Shown here piece after piece: positions 20,198 through 28,633 of a DNA stretch of 40,403 nt. The translations under genes and the position numbers were made by a program. The notes under the pieces were generated by a model, which had not been told where the DNA came from, did no database searches, and saw only the letters and a program-made list of their open reading frames with translations. Origin of the DNA: a virus (lineage: Duplodnaviria > Caudoviricetes); IMG/VR virus record IMGVR_UViG_3300010366_000021, positions 1-40,403 of that record. One strand, given 5' to 3'. Each line of letters opens with the position of its first letter. The first letter of the stretch is position 1.

Positions 20198-20226
20198 AAT
20201 CTATTCCCGAATCAGCCCAATTGCAA
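20198..20226 (-). promoter_or_regulatory. Sigma70-like late promoter
   Basis: Minus strand TTGCAA-N17-TAGATT in an intergenic gap. Confidence 0.65.
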
Positions 20227-20237
20227 GAAATCTGTGC

Positions 20238-20444
20238 TCACCCATTGCGTACTCCTTTCACAGACATCACCAGACAATCTATATGGGCATATGGGCCGTT
20301 AATAAACTGAATCCCCTGCGCTTTCTCATCGAACGGAACAGGACAATAGATGCAGGCTGCGCCGAAAGGCGTCGGGATGTGATCTTCCGGCGCACAGATA
20401 GGCGCATGCCAGTTCTCTCCAAACCATTTCACCCGGTCAAGCAT
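20238..20444 (-). CDS. Small Zn-finger-like protein
   Basis: CIYC...HIDC. Confidence 0.6.
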   Translation of the reverse strand: MLDRVKWFGENWHAPICAPEDHIPTPFGAACIYCPVPFDEKAQGIQFINGPYAHIDCLVMSVKGVRNG

Positions 20445-20451
20445 GTTGTTT

Positions 20452-20799
20452 TTATTCCTGCACACTGAACTTCTGCAGCACGCCATCGAGATAGTGGGCT
20501 TCGATCGCCGTCACCACTGAACGGATCATCAGTTTTTCTTTGAGATGGTCCATCACGTTTTGCACCGGCTTTTTTCGCTGCGGATCCGGAAGAGCTTGGA
20601 ACGTCGACATCGGCTTGTCAGCTCTATGTGACTGCCGACGAACCACACCGATCAACACGCAATCAGCGGCCGCAGCTGTGAGGCTGATCTCGACCTGGAG
20701 GAGACCGGTGTAGCCAGGGACCGCGACTGATTCAAGAGCTGAGAGAATTTCTTCCGAGTGGATCGGTACTCCCCGCGGGAATTCGACCAGAGTGGACAT
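20452..20799 (-). CDS. Hypothetical protein (115 aa), possible late activator
   Basis: First leftward gene from the divergent AT-rich region; function inferred from position only. Confidence 0.55.
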   Translation of the reverse strand: MSTLVEFPRGVPIHSEEILSALESVAVPGYTGLLQVEISLTAAAADCVLIGVVRRQSHRADKPMSTFQALPDPQRKKPVQNVMDHLKEKLMIRSVVTAIEAHYLDGVLQKFSVQE

Positions 20800-20898
20800 A
20801 AAAGTCTTTGCCAGGGGGGTGCGAGGGGGGGACACTCAGCACCAAAAACCGTGCATTCCTATTATAAGAAAAAAATTAGAAAGGCCGTAAGTTATTTA

Positions 20899-20927
20899 TT
20901 GACAAAAATATAGCTGGCATTTAGGGT
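20899..20927 (+). promoter_or_regulatory. Sigma70-like early promoter
   Basis: TTGACA-N17-TAGGGT with an AT-rich upstream tract at the strand switch. Confidence 0.6.
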
Positions 20928-21009
20928 TGCGCCATCAAGGTAAGATGTTGGCAAATGCCTCCAACAGCAGCAAAATACGGGACTCGTCGCCCACAAACGT
21001 CTGGAAGAG

Positions 21010-21037
21010 TTAACCGATAGTATCTGTTATCGGACGT
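21010..21037. other. dif-format (11-6-11) tyrosine-recombinase-like site
   Basis: Minus strand ACGTCCGATAA-CAGATA-CTATCGGTTAA, non-coding. Confidence 0.4.
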
Positions 21038-21233
21038 TTGGGGACAGTGAGACGATCCCGGAAAAAGGTTGGTTATGTTTCCGGACTCCCCCAGATCGGC
21101 TGCTGGCTCAAGCACAAAGCCCAAGCTCTGTCCGCTCGTCTTCATTCATACAAATCCACTTAGTCCACTCCTTCCTTCCCACTCCATCCGCGCTGCCAAC
21201 ATCGCCGCCTTAGTTTCCCTAAGGAGCTCGTTG

Positions 21234-21662
21234 ATGCAAGACACCACGGATGCCAAGAAGATTCTGGCGTACCTGCGTGACATGATCGATCTGAGCCGGC
21301 AGCTTCACCGGCCGGACATGGTGGATCTCTACTGCGATGCCTGGGAGGTAGCTGCAACCCAGATCTACGGCGCGCTGCCTCCGCGCAAACCGAATATCGG
21401 CCATTATGTAGCGGAACCTAAACCGACAACGCCCCCGGTATGGCGGCACATGATGCTCGCCAAACCTTTCCGAAAGATTATTGCCCGCGACGGAGACACT
21501 GAAATCCTGGAATGCGGTCACCGGATCTGGAACTTTGCAGATATTCCCGGAAGCCCGCCGGCAAAACGTCGCCGCTGCGGGGACTGCGCCCGGGCAAACG
21601 AAACAAGGAAAGATGCCGGCCGAGTCACACGGCCGCCAGAGAAAGCGGCGGGGTCAGCATGA
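21234..21662 (+). CDS. Hypothetical protein with LECGH...CxxC Zn ribbon
   Basis: AAGGAG RBS before MQDTT. Confidence 0.6.
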   Translation: MQDTTDAKKILAYLRDMIDLSRQLHRPDMVDLYCDAWEVAATQIYGALPPRKPNIGHYVAEPKPTTPPVWRHMMLAKPFRKIIARDGDTEILECGHRIWNFADIPGSPPAKRRRCGDCARANETRKDAGRVTRPPEKAAGSA

Positions 21663-21868
21663 GAGCGCCTCGTCTCATCCGTGCGGCGCCAGGTGATCTC
21701 TACCTGGTGGATCTGGGCAAGCTTATTCCGGTTGCCGCGGTCAACCCGCGCGCTGCTTTTCATATTGCTTCAACCTGCGCCTTCGGCAAGGACCAGGAAC
21801 CCGGCTTTGAGCATCCCCTGGTCTATCAGCTTGATTCCGATGGCGGGATTTTGGCGGTGTTTGAATGA
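21659..21868 (+). CDS. Hypothetical protein (69 aa)
   Basis: ATGA overlaps on both sides. Confidence 0.55.
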   Translation: MRAPRLIRAAPGDLYLVDLGKLIPVAAVNPRAAFHIASTCAFGKDQEPGFEHPLVYQLDSDGGILAVFE

Positions 21869-22170
21869 TCGTCATACCGATTCCGCTCAGCCCTAGCCGC
21901 TACAACGTCTTCATCGCGCTCGAGGAAAAAAACCTTGAGCGCATGAAGGCGCATGACCCGGCGCAGTTTGAGCCGGCCAAGATGGGCCTGCCTTTTTCCG
22001 CCATGGAGCTAAACACGATCCTGATCGGCTACGCCACACAGGATGACATTGAGGAAGCAAGAAAGATGGTAGCCGAAGGCAAAGGACATGAAATCCCCCG
22101 CAGGATGTCGCGAGGATTTCAATTCCGCCCAGAGGCTGGAGATTCCGACGGACCTTACAAGAAAGTATGA
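21865..22170 (+). CDS. Hypothetical protein
   Basis: 101 aa, translationally coupled. Confidence 0.65.
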   Translation: MIVIPIPLSPSRYNVFIALEEKNLERMKAHDPAQFEPAKMGLPFSAMELNTILIGYATQDDIEEARKMVAEGKGHEIPRRMSRGFQFRPEAGDSDGPYKKV

Positions 22171-23768
22171 TGCGCACCGTTCATCTCGGCTTTGAAGTTG
22201 GCTCTGTTGCCGCGGTCAAGGTCCCGATCCGCCACATGGCAGTGACCGGGCAGACGCAGGAGAGTGGGAAGACGACGGCGCTTGAGGCGCTCATCTCGCG
22301 TTCCGGCCTGACTGCGATCGCATTTCTTACCAAGCGTGGTGAGTCCAGCTTTGCCGGCGCCGTGCGCGTGCCCGCGTACTTCCATGAGCGCGCGGATTGG
22401 CAGTTCGTGGAATCGATCCTTGAATCCACGATGAAACAGCGGATGAAGTTCGAACGCGCCTGGATCGTTAAAGCATGCAAAGGCGCCCACACGCTCGCCG
22501 ATGTGCAGAGGAACATCACGGAGCTGCAGGCGCGATCCAAGCGCAGCATGGACCAGGACCTTTACATGCTCCTGGGCGAATACCTCACTCGAGTGGTGCC
22601 GCAGATCCGCGCTCTAAGAAAATCCACTTATGTCGGCATCGTTGACGGATCGCTCACCGTGATGGATCTCGTCGACTATCCGGACGAGCTGCAGATGCTG
22701 GTGATCAGTTCGACGCTCGAGTGGATCCACAAACTCGCTTCCAACACGATCATCGTGATTCCCGAGGCCTGGAAGTTCATTCCCCAGGGACGCAATACTC
22801 CCGTCAAGATCGTGGCGGAGAAGCTGGCGCGTGAGGGCGCTGCGCTGCGCAACTATCTCTGGGTTGACTCCCAGGATATGGCAGCAGTCGACAAGCTCAT
22901 TCTCCGCGCCTGCGCCGTCTGGCTGATAGGGGTCCAGCGCGAGGCGAATGAGATCAAGCGGGCACTGGCGAACATGCCCGCCGGAATGAAGAAACCGAAT
23001 GCCGCGGAGGTGGCAACGCTCGAGCTGGGGCAATTTTTTGCCTGTTCAGGACGCGAGATCCGCAAGACGTACGTTCAGCCGGCCTGGATGAATGACACGA
23101 CCGCCGCCGACGTCGCCGTAGGAAGTCTGGACGTACATCAGGCAGCCCAGATCCCGACGGCTCCCGCTGTCCATCCGGTACCGGAACAAATCACAGAGCC
23201 AGTTGCCGGCATAGGTGAGGAGGAAGATGAAATGGAGTGGAAGGAGAAATACGAACAATCGGAGCGCGCGCGCCGTAACCTTGAAGCCGAATTAGCCTCA
23301 CTTCGAAAAGAATTCTGGGCATTGCGTGATAAGCAAGCCGCGGCCGGCGCAAATGGCTCTGCTCCTGTTTCACCTGAACTGGTAGTTTCTTCTGAGCCCG
23401 ATCCAGCTCCATCAGAGCAACGCCTGGTGCAGGCCGTGCTCTCGGAGATCCGGCGTAATCCCGTTCTGATCAAACTCTCTCAGGAATTCCCAGTCATTGA
23501 GGTGAAGGTCAACCGCACGGTCATGAACCTGGATGACTCTTCGCTCAAAGGCAAGATCGCGCTTTTGATCCACCAGGGTTGGTTTAGCACGCCCAGAAGT
23601 TTTGCTGACGTGAAGAAGGAACTGATCCGGCGTGGCATTGATAGCCGCACGGGCAATGTGATTGTCGGGAATGCTCTCAAAAGCTTCGTTGAGACCGGCT
23701 TCTTCTTTAGTACTGGTGATGGTTATGAACTGCAGCCAGGCGCGGACAGGCGCGTGGCCGCGCAATAG
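22167..23768 (+). CDS. HerA/FtsK-superfamily (DUF87-like) P-loop ATPase with coiled coil and C-terminal winged helix
   Basis: HMAVTGQTQESGKTT, IIVIPEAWKF and LAREG...WVDSQ motifs in HerA order; WFSTPRSFADVKKELIRRG wHTH-like tail. Confidence 0.75.
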   Translation: MMRTVHLGFEVGSVAAVKVPIRHMAVTGQTQESGKTTALEALISRSGLTAIAFLTKRGESSFAGAVRVPAYFHERADWQFVESILESTMKQRMKFERAWIVKACKGAHTLADVQRNITELQARSKRSMDQDLYMLLGEYLTRVVPQIRALRKSTYVGIVDGSLTVMDLVDYPDELQMLVISSTLEWIHKLASNTIIVIPEAWKFIPQGRNTPVKIVAEKLAREGAALRNYLWVDSQDMAAVDKLILRACAVWLIGVQREANEIKRALANMPAGMKKPNAAEVATLELGQFFACSGREIRKTYVQPAWMNDTTAADVAVGSLDVHQAAQIPTAPAVHPVPEQITEPVAGIGEEEDEMEWKEKYEQSERARRNLEAELASLRKEFWALRDKQAAAGANGSAPVSPELVVSSEPDPAPSEQRLVQAVLSEIRRNPVLIKLSQEFPVIEVKVNRTVMNLDDSSLKGKIALLIHQGWFSTPRSFADVKKELIRRGIDSRTGNVIVGNALKSFVETGFFFSTGDGYELQPGADRRVAAQ

Positions 23769-23789
23769 AGAGAAAGAAAGAGCTGTTGT

Positions 23790-23990
23790 ATGCAGGATCA
23801 GGCCCTGGTTGGAGATTCGACTCTGCTTCTGATCGTTGAGGTCACCGGGGAAGATCCGCGAGTTGTTGGACAGTGGGGCGAAATCCTGGAACATGAGCTG
23901 GAAAGCGCGTTCCTGCTCCTGCGCGATCTGGCCAAAAAGCGGGAACACCCGCCCAGGGTAACGCTCCACTCAAGAAAGACGGCATCATGA
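23790..23990 (+). CDS. Hypothetical protein
   Basis: 66 aa, coupled to the next gene. Confidence 0.5.
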   Translation: MQDQALVGDSTLLLIVEVTGEDPRVVGQWGEILEHELESAFLLLRDLAKKREHPPRVTLHSRKTAS

Positions 23991-24181
23991 AGCACCTTAC
24001 GCACAACACCGTGTCGGCTTCGAAGTGGTGCAAGCAGTGCAGCCGCTTCACCCAGCACCACGTCTCTGCCGGCAAGGTGATGCACTGCCTGGAATGTCCA
24101 GCACCGGCGGCCGCGGCGGCGCCACGCGCGGGCAAGAAGAAGCCTGTGCAGATCGGTTTTGATTTTTCTGGCGGAACTTGA
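23987..24181 (+). CDS. Small Zn-ribbon protein
   Basis: WCKQC...HCLEC. Confidence 0.6.
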   Translation: MKHLTHNTVSASKWCKQCSRFTQHHVSAGKVMHCLECPAPAAAAAPRAGKKKPVQIGFDFSGGT

Positions 24182-24186
24182 CTTAA

Positions 24187-24351
24187 GGGGAAGGAAATCA
24201 CCAGGCCTGGCTCCGCCAGGCAGAAAGGAGCGAGCAGTCAGTTAATAGCCTGTTGTTTAACTGGAGTCCTTCCCCAGGGAGCAGCGCACCCCGATTATGC
24301 GCCGGGTTGTGCTGTGACCTCGGGGAAGTATAGACGAACCCGGCTTTCCTT
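24187..24351 (+). ncRNA. Candidate two-state structured RNA (attenuator/riboswitch-like)
   Basis: Mutually exclusive stems and a terminator-like hairpin in a 187-bp intergenic gap. Confidence 0.45.
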
Positions 24352-24368
24352 ATATCAAGAGGTGCTCT

Positions 24369-24560
24369 GTGGAATTCAATGAATGCAGAAAATCGGCGGA
24401 GTTTGTCAGCCTGACGCCGAAAGGGGCAAGAGTCTATGAACTTGAGGCTGAGGGCATGAGCTTTGATGCCGCGCTCGAAATTGCGGACTCGGAATACTCA
24501 CGGGACGGTTTGGGGCCCAGACCTGGCGCCGGAGGCTTTGCGAGAGCAGCCGATGCATAG
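24369..24560 (+). CDS. Hypothetical protein
   Basis: GAGGTG RBS, GTG start. Confidence 0.5.
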   Translation: MEFNECRKSAEFVSLTPKGARVYELEAEGMSFDAALEIADSEYSRDGLGPRPGAGGFARAADA

Positions 24561-24825
24561 TTTCGTCAATTGGCTTCTGTCGGTGTATGCAATCGCTGCG
24601 ATCGTCGCGCTGGCTCTCCACTTCATCGGCGTCTTGCGGGAAGTGCGGCGCGGGATCAAGAAGGCGGATGACTCGAACGTCTATGCCGTCTGGGATGCCG
24701 GCTTCCAACAAGGCTTTGAGCTCGGTTTTCAAAAGGGCTTTACAGACGGAGAGAAGTGGCACGAAACGGAAGAATTTATCCGGCGCCTGGATTCCTGGCC
24801 CCGACCAATCAGGAGGAGTCAATGA
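24553..24825 (+). CDS. Small membrane-anchored protein
   Basis: N-terminal TM helix; GFQQGFELGFQKG repeat; ATGA overlap with parB. Confidence 0.6.
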   Translation: MHSFVNWLLSVYAIAAIVALALHFIGVLREVRRGIKKADDSNVYAVWDAGFQQGFELGFQKGFTDGEKWHETEEFIRRLDSWPRPIRRSQ

Positions 24826-26276
24826 GTACTGCTCTTGCCGCACTTCGAAACACAGTTTCGCCACAGCCGCCGGCGCCGCTCGCCGCCGGGCTCACTTCGA
24901 CTTTAAACCTCCCATTAACCAAGATCGTCCGCTCCAAGATGAACCGCAACGCCGAAGTGGATGAGGAATTCATCAACAGCATCCGCCAGAACGGCGTGGT
25001 GGAGCACATCCTGGTCCGGCCGATTCAAGCCACGGTCGAACATGTAACAGAGGCGCGGCCTGATACCCCGTTCGCCGTCGGTGAGCAGATTTACGAGATT
25101 GTTTTTGGTGAACGCCGCTGGCGCGGAGCCAGGCTGGCCGGCTGCACGCATATCGGCGCCCAGGTAAGGAACCTGAGTGATGTTGAGGCGCTCGAGCTGC
25201 AGATCATTGAGAACGAGCAGCGCGAGAATCTGACGCCGCTTCAGCGTTGTGAAGCCTATGACCGTCTGCGCCAGGAATACCTGAAAGCCCATGCCGGCGA
25301 AGCGGATTTTTCCGAAACCAAGTGCGTAAAGCAGGTCGCGGCCCGGGTGAATCGCGAGGCGCGCACGGTCTACCAGGTGCTGCAGCTGAAGCAGTTGGTC
25401 TGGCAGGCCCAGGATGCGCTTCGTCACGGCGAGATGGAAGCCAGCCATGCCTATGAGATTTGCCGCCGGTCAGGAGAAGAACAGCTCAAGATCCTGGCCT
25501 GGATCCGCGCAGAGACGCTACGCTCTGACGGCGAGATCCCAAGCGTGCGCTGGTTAAAGGGCAAGATCGTACAGATAGATCAGACGGCCGATGAGCTCCG
25601 CGAGCAGCAGGCTAGGCTCTCGCAGCCAGGCGCGGGCACTACCACCACGGCGGCCGCTTTTCCTGCTGCTTCTTCCCCTCCCCATACAACTGAGCCTGAC
25701 AAGGAGAGCTGGCGTTGCGGTATGTGCACCTTTATCAATTCGCCGCGCAACAAGAAGAAATGTCATCGCTGTGGCGCAGAGCGGGGATACGGCGTTGACT
25801 ATCAGTCACCGGCAAAGGAGCCCGGGCAGACCGAGGCGTTCAAAATTCCCGCAGCGGATCCGCACGAGCGGATTGAGAAGAACTACCAGGATCTCTTCTT
25901 TGCGGCTCTGGCCGGCCGGGCCCAGATCAATTCCCGCTTTCTCACGCACGTTATCCCGGACCTGATCTTTCAGGCCTGGCAGAACGGGCAGCCCATTGAG
26001 TCATTTGCGCAGAAGACTCTTGGCTGGCCTGCGCCCAGGATTGCCGGCGAACCGCCCATCTATTCGCGTAACGAGGTTCGGCGGTACGCCAAGAAACACA
26101 CGCGCAAATTTTCCAGCGGCGTTCTGGTAGCGCTGATGGCCATGCTTTACATGAATCCACCGGCTGCGGAGAACCTGGCGCGCCGCTTTAAGGTGAACCC
26201 GGAGAAACTGCGCAAGCAGGCAGCCGCGGTTGTTAGCGGGTCAAAGACCCGCGAACGAAGAAAAGGCAAAGCATGA
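24822..26276 (+). CDS. parB: ParB/Spo0J-family CTPase with HTH and RanBP2/NZF Zn finger
   Basis: SIRQNGVVEHILVRP, YEIVFGERRWRG, IIENEQRENLTP; AGGAGG RBS before MSTAL. Confidence 0.88.
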   Translation: MSTALAALRNTVSPQPPAPLAAGLTSTLNLPLTKIVRSKMNRNAEVDEEFINSIRQNGVVEHILVRPIQATVEHVTEARPDTPFAVGEQIYEIVFGERRWRGARLAGCTHIGAQVRNLSDVEALELQIIENEQRENLTPLQRCEAYDRLRQEYLKAHAGEADFSETKCVKQVAARVNREARTVYQVLQLKQLVWQAQDALRHGEMEASHAYEICRRSGEEQLKILAWIRAETLRSDGEIPSVRWLKGKIVQIDQTADELREQQARLSQPGAGTTTTAAAFPAASSPPHTTEPDKESWRCGMCTFINSPRNKKKCHRCGAERGYGVDYQSPAKEPGQTEAFKIPAADPHERIEKNYQDLFFAALAGRAQINSRFLTHVIPDLIFQAWQNGQPIESFAQKTLGWPAPRIAGEPPIYSRNEVRRYAKKHTRKFSSGVLVALMAMLYMNPPAAENLARRFKVNPEKLRKQAAAVVSGSKTRERRKGKA

Positions 26277-26908
26277 GCCAATCTGAAGGCGGTCCTTTGA
26301 ACTCACGTCCAGACTTGCCGGAGATGCCCGCACGAATCAAGGCTCTGCCGGTTGATGAGCACGGGTACCCCGTTCCATGGTTTGTCGGTTGGGTAGATGG
26401 CAAGCCTGACTATGCGCTTATCGAGTTTGACAAATTTGTGCGAGCTGCTGACGAAAAGCGCTGCTGGGTATGCGGCGAATTCTTGGGAGCTCATCGTGCT
26501 TTTGTCACCGAGGCCATGGCTGCCTTTACACGCCTTACGACGGAGCCCCCATGCCATAGCGAATGCGCAATTTTTTCTGTTACTGCTTGCCCATTTTTAA
26601 CTAAGCGTTGGGTTAGGGCTGGCGAAGAGAACCTTGAGGTCGCTTGGGTATGGATAACCAAAAGCTACAAGTGGGAGACCGATGTTGATTTGATACGTGA
26701 CATGCATGACGTGCGATTTCGGATCGGGACTTGCAGGAAGGTTCTATTTTATACAGCCGGACGAAAGGCAACGCTCGAGGAGGTCCGCCGCTCAATGGAC
26801 GCTGCCTTGCGTGTCCTATATGAACACAACGGAAGAGAGGAGTCTCTAGAGAACTTCGCGACCAGGATGAAGTTGAAGTTATCAGGAGTTCCAATTCCAG
26901 ATGCCTAA
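26273..26908 (+). CDS. Cys/His-containing phage hypothetical protein
   Basis: LPVDEHGYPVPWFV...CWVCG...EPPCHSECA...ACPFL. Confidence 0.75.
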   Translation: MSQSEGGPLNSRPDLPEMPARIKALPVDEHGYPVPWFVGWVDGKPDYALIEFDKFVRAADEKRCWVCGEFLGAHRAFVTEAMAAFTRLTTEPPCHSECAIFSVTACPFLTKRWVRAGEENLEVAWVWITKSYKWETDVDLIRDMHDVRFRIGTCRKVLFYTAGRKATLEEVRRSMDAALRVLYEHNGREESLENFATRMKLKLSGVPIPDA

Positions 26909-28166
26909 GACGCCTCATTATCTTCAGCAACACGGCATCCCCGAACATACGAGTTCGCGGAAACTCCCTGCATTTTGGCTGGGCTATTGTGGGGAGTCTA
27001 AAAAGGAATTTCTCTCGCTGATCTGGGTCATGACCATGGTAGGCGCTCTCGAGGAATACGGCGCGGACTCATCTCATATCAGGCGCCGGAGCCAGGAGTA
27101 TATGGCGCTGATCTTAGGCATTGATCGTTCAACGTTCAATCGGCGGCTGGCTAAATACTCTTTCCCAGACGGCCGCTGGAGTGATGAACGTCTCTGCCGC
27201 CACAGCGAGCTGAAGAGGGCTGAGGCGGCCAAACGAGCGGGGCCAGAGGCCGGCCCGGGAAATTCTGGCCCTGCTCCACAACGCCGGGCCCGCCGACAGA
27301 TCAAGCGCGTCCATGCTTTCTTTCACAAGAATGCCAGCTTCGGGCAGGCGCAGCTCTATTCACTGAACATGTCCCAGAAGCTGAAGCCCAAACTGGAGAA
27401 AAAGGCTGGCAAAACCACCAACGTGGAACTGGCCGCCGCGGCATTCGGCGAGCAGTGGTTTGATCGAACCATGGACGGCGTGAATAACTGGAAGGATGTC
27501 CCCGGATGGATCTGGCATCCCAACCTGCCGGACGCTGATAAATGTTCCTGCCAGGCTGGACAAATGGGCCTGCATCCTGGGGAGTGCCAAAAGTGCAAAG
27601 GCACAGGAACCATCATCTATAAGGATCCGCTGCCGGATTACGGTCGCAATCTCATCACTTTCCTGCTGCTGAAGGGACTGAAGCAACGCGGATCGCTGGT
27701 CATCACACAGGAGGCGATCGCCAAGGCCCTGGGCATGGACGTCAACACCGTGGCCAAGTATGAGGACAAGCTGGAAGCGCTGATGATCATCCGCTGCATT
27801 CCCGGCGCCGTCCATCGTGACTGCCTGAACTGCGCGATCAACTACGTCGACCATTGCCCAAAATGCGGATCCAACAGCGGCCCAATCACCAGGCGCGATC
27901 CACACAAGATTCTCTGGCTTCCCGATCGGCTGATGGATGAAGAGATCGTTCAGCGCGAATGGAACCGGTTTAACGCGCTGCGAGAGAAGATCCGGGACCG
28001 TGAGATCTTCAAACGCGCTGAAAGAATTGAAGTGGCCCTGCTGAAGGAATGGCGCGGCCATGAGCACTCGCTCGAGGCTTTCTGGAATGAGATGCGGCGC
28101 CGCCTGGCGGCCGAAAACCTCAATAAGAGCGTCATCGACGTTCTATTTCCCTTCTTCCGCGAGTGA
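26901..28166 (+). CDS. Replication initiator-like protein (two HTH, two Zn-finger motifs)
   Basis: SQEYMALILGIDRSTFNRRL and TQEAIAKALGMDVNTVAKYEDKL HTHs; CSC..CQKCKGTG and CLNC..CPKC; followed by an origin-like region. Confidence 0.6.
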   Translation: MPKTPHYLQQHGIPEHTSSRKLPAFWLGYCGESKKEFLSLIWVMTMVGALEEYGADSSHIRRRSQEYMALILGIDRSTFNRRLAKYSFPDGRWSDERLCRHSELKRAEAAKRAGPEAGPGNSGPAPQRRARRQIKRVHAFFHKNASFGQAQLYSLNMSQKLKPKLEKKAGKTTNVELAAAAFGEQWFDRTMDGVNNWKDVPGWIWHPNLPDADKCSCQAGQMGLHPGECQKCKGTGTIIYKDPLPDYGRNLITFLLLKGLKQRGSLVITQEAIAKALGMDVNTVAKYEDKLEALMIIRCIPGAVHRDCLNCAINYVDHCPKCGSNSGPITRRDPHKILWLPDRLMDEEIVQREWNRFNALREKIRDREIFKRAERIEVALLKEWRGHEHSLEAFWNEMRRRLAAENLNKSVIDVLFPFFRE

Positions 28167-28457
28167 GTTCCCCATTTTTGCAGCGAGTTGGCTATTGGAG
28201 CGCCAGCGAGTGAGGAGAAGTGTGCCCTGGTGCGCTTTTTCGTGAAAGCCGCATGAATACAGGCGTTGGAGAGTGAGCTGAAAAAAAAGGACGCCGGCGA
28301 GGCTTGATCAAGGTAAAAGATGTTGGCTCGCCGGCGGTGTAACTTAAAGCGATTCTAATGTTTGCGCCCTCAGAATGCTAGTTATCCCTAAAAATTAAGC
28401 GCAAAAGCGGGAAATTGGCTGTCCATCTCCGCGAGCCTGTTGAAATCGTTTCAGGTT

Positions 28458-28633
28458 GTGACGATTTTAGGGGCTAGGAGAGTGCGGTTTTTCCGGGTAT
28501 TGTGTGACGATTTTCCGGTTATGGTGTGCGAAAAATAGGGGAAACGCTCTTAAGACTCTTCTTTAGAAAAAGAAAGTAGAGAAAACCAGTAGAGATGTCC
28601 GCAGCCTTCCTGTGGATAACCTTCTGTGGAAAA
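28458..28633. other. Putative replication origin: ~22-bp iterons, AT-rich tract, DnaA boxes
   Basis: Repeat units at 28458, 28482, 28504 and partial 28526; A-rich 28549-28586; TGTGGATAA 28611-28619 and TGTGGAAAA 28625-28633. Confidence 0.6.

Noticed and set aside
24193-24240. Resemblance to the c-di-GMP-II riboswitch (GGAAA...GGAGCGAGCAGT)
   Set aside because: Lacks the GGGCAC/GTGCAAC pseudoknot; kept only as an unclassified switch
24756-24821. Longer N-terminus for ParB given in the ORF track
   Set aside because: ATG at 24822 has an AGGAGG RBS and an ATGA overlap with the previous gene
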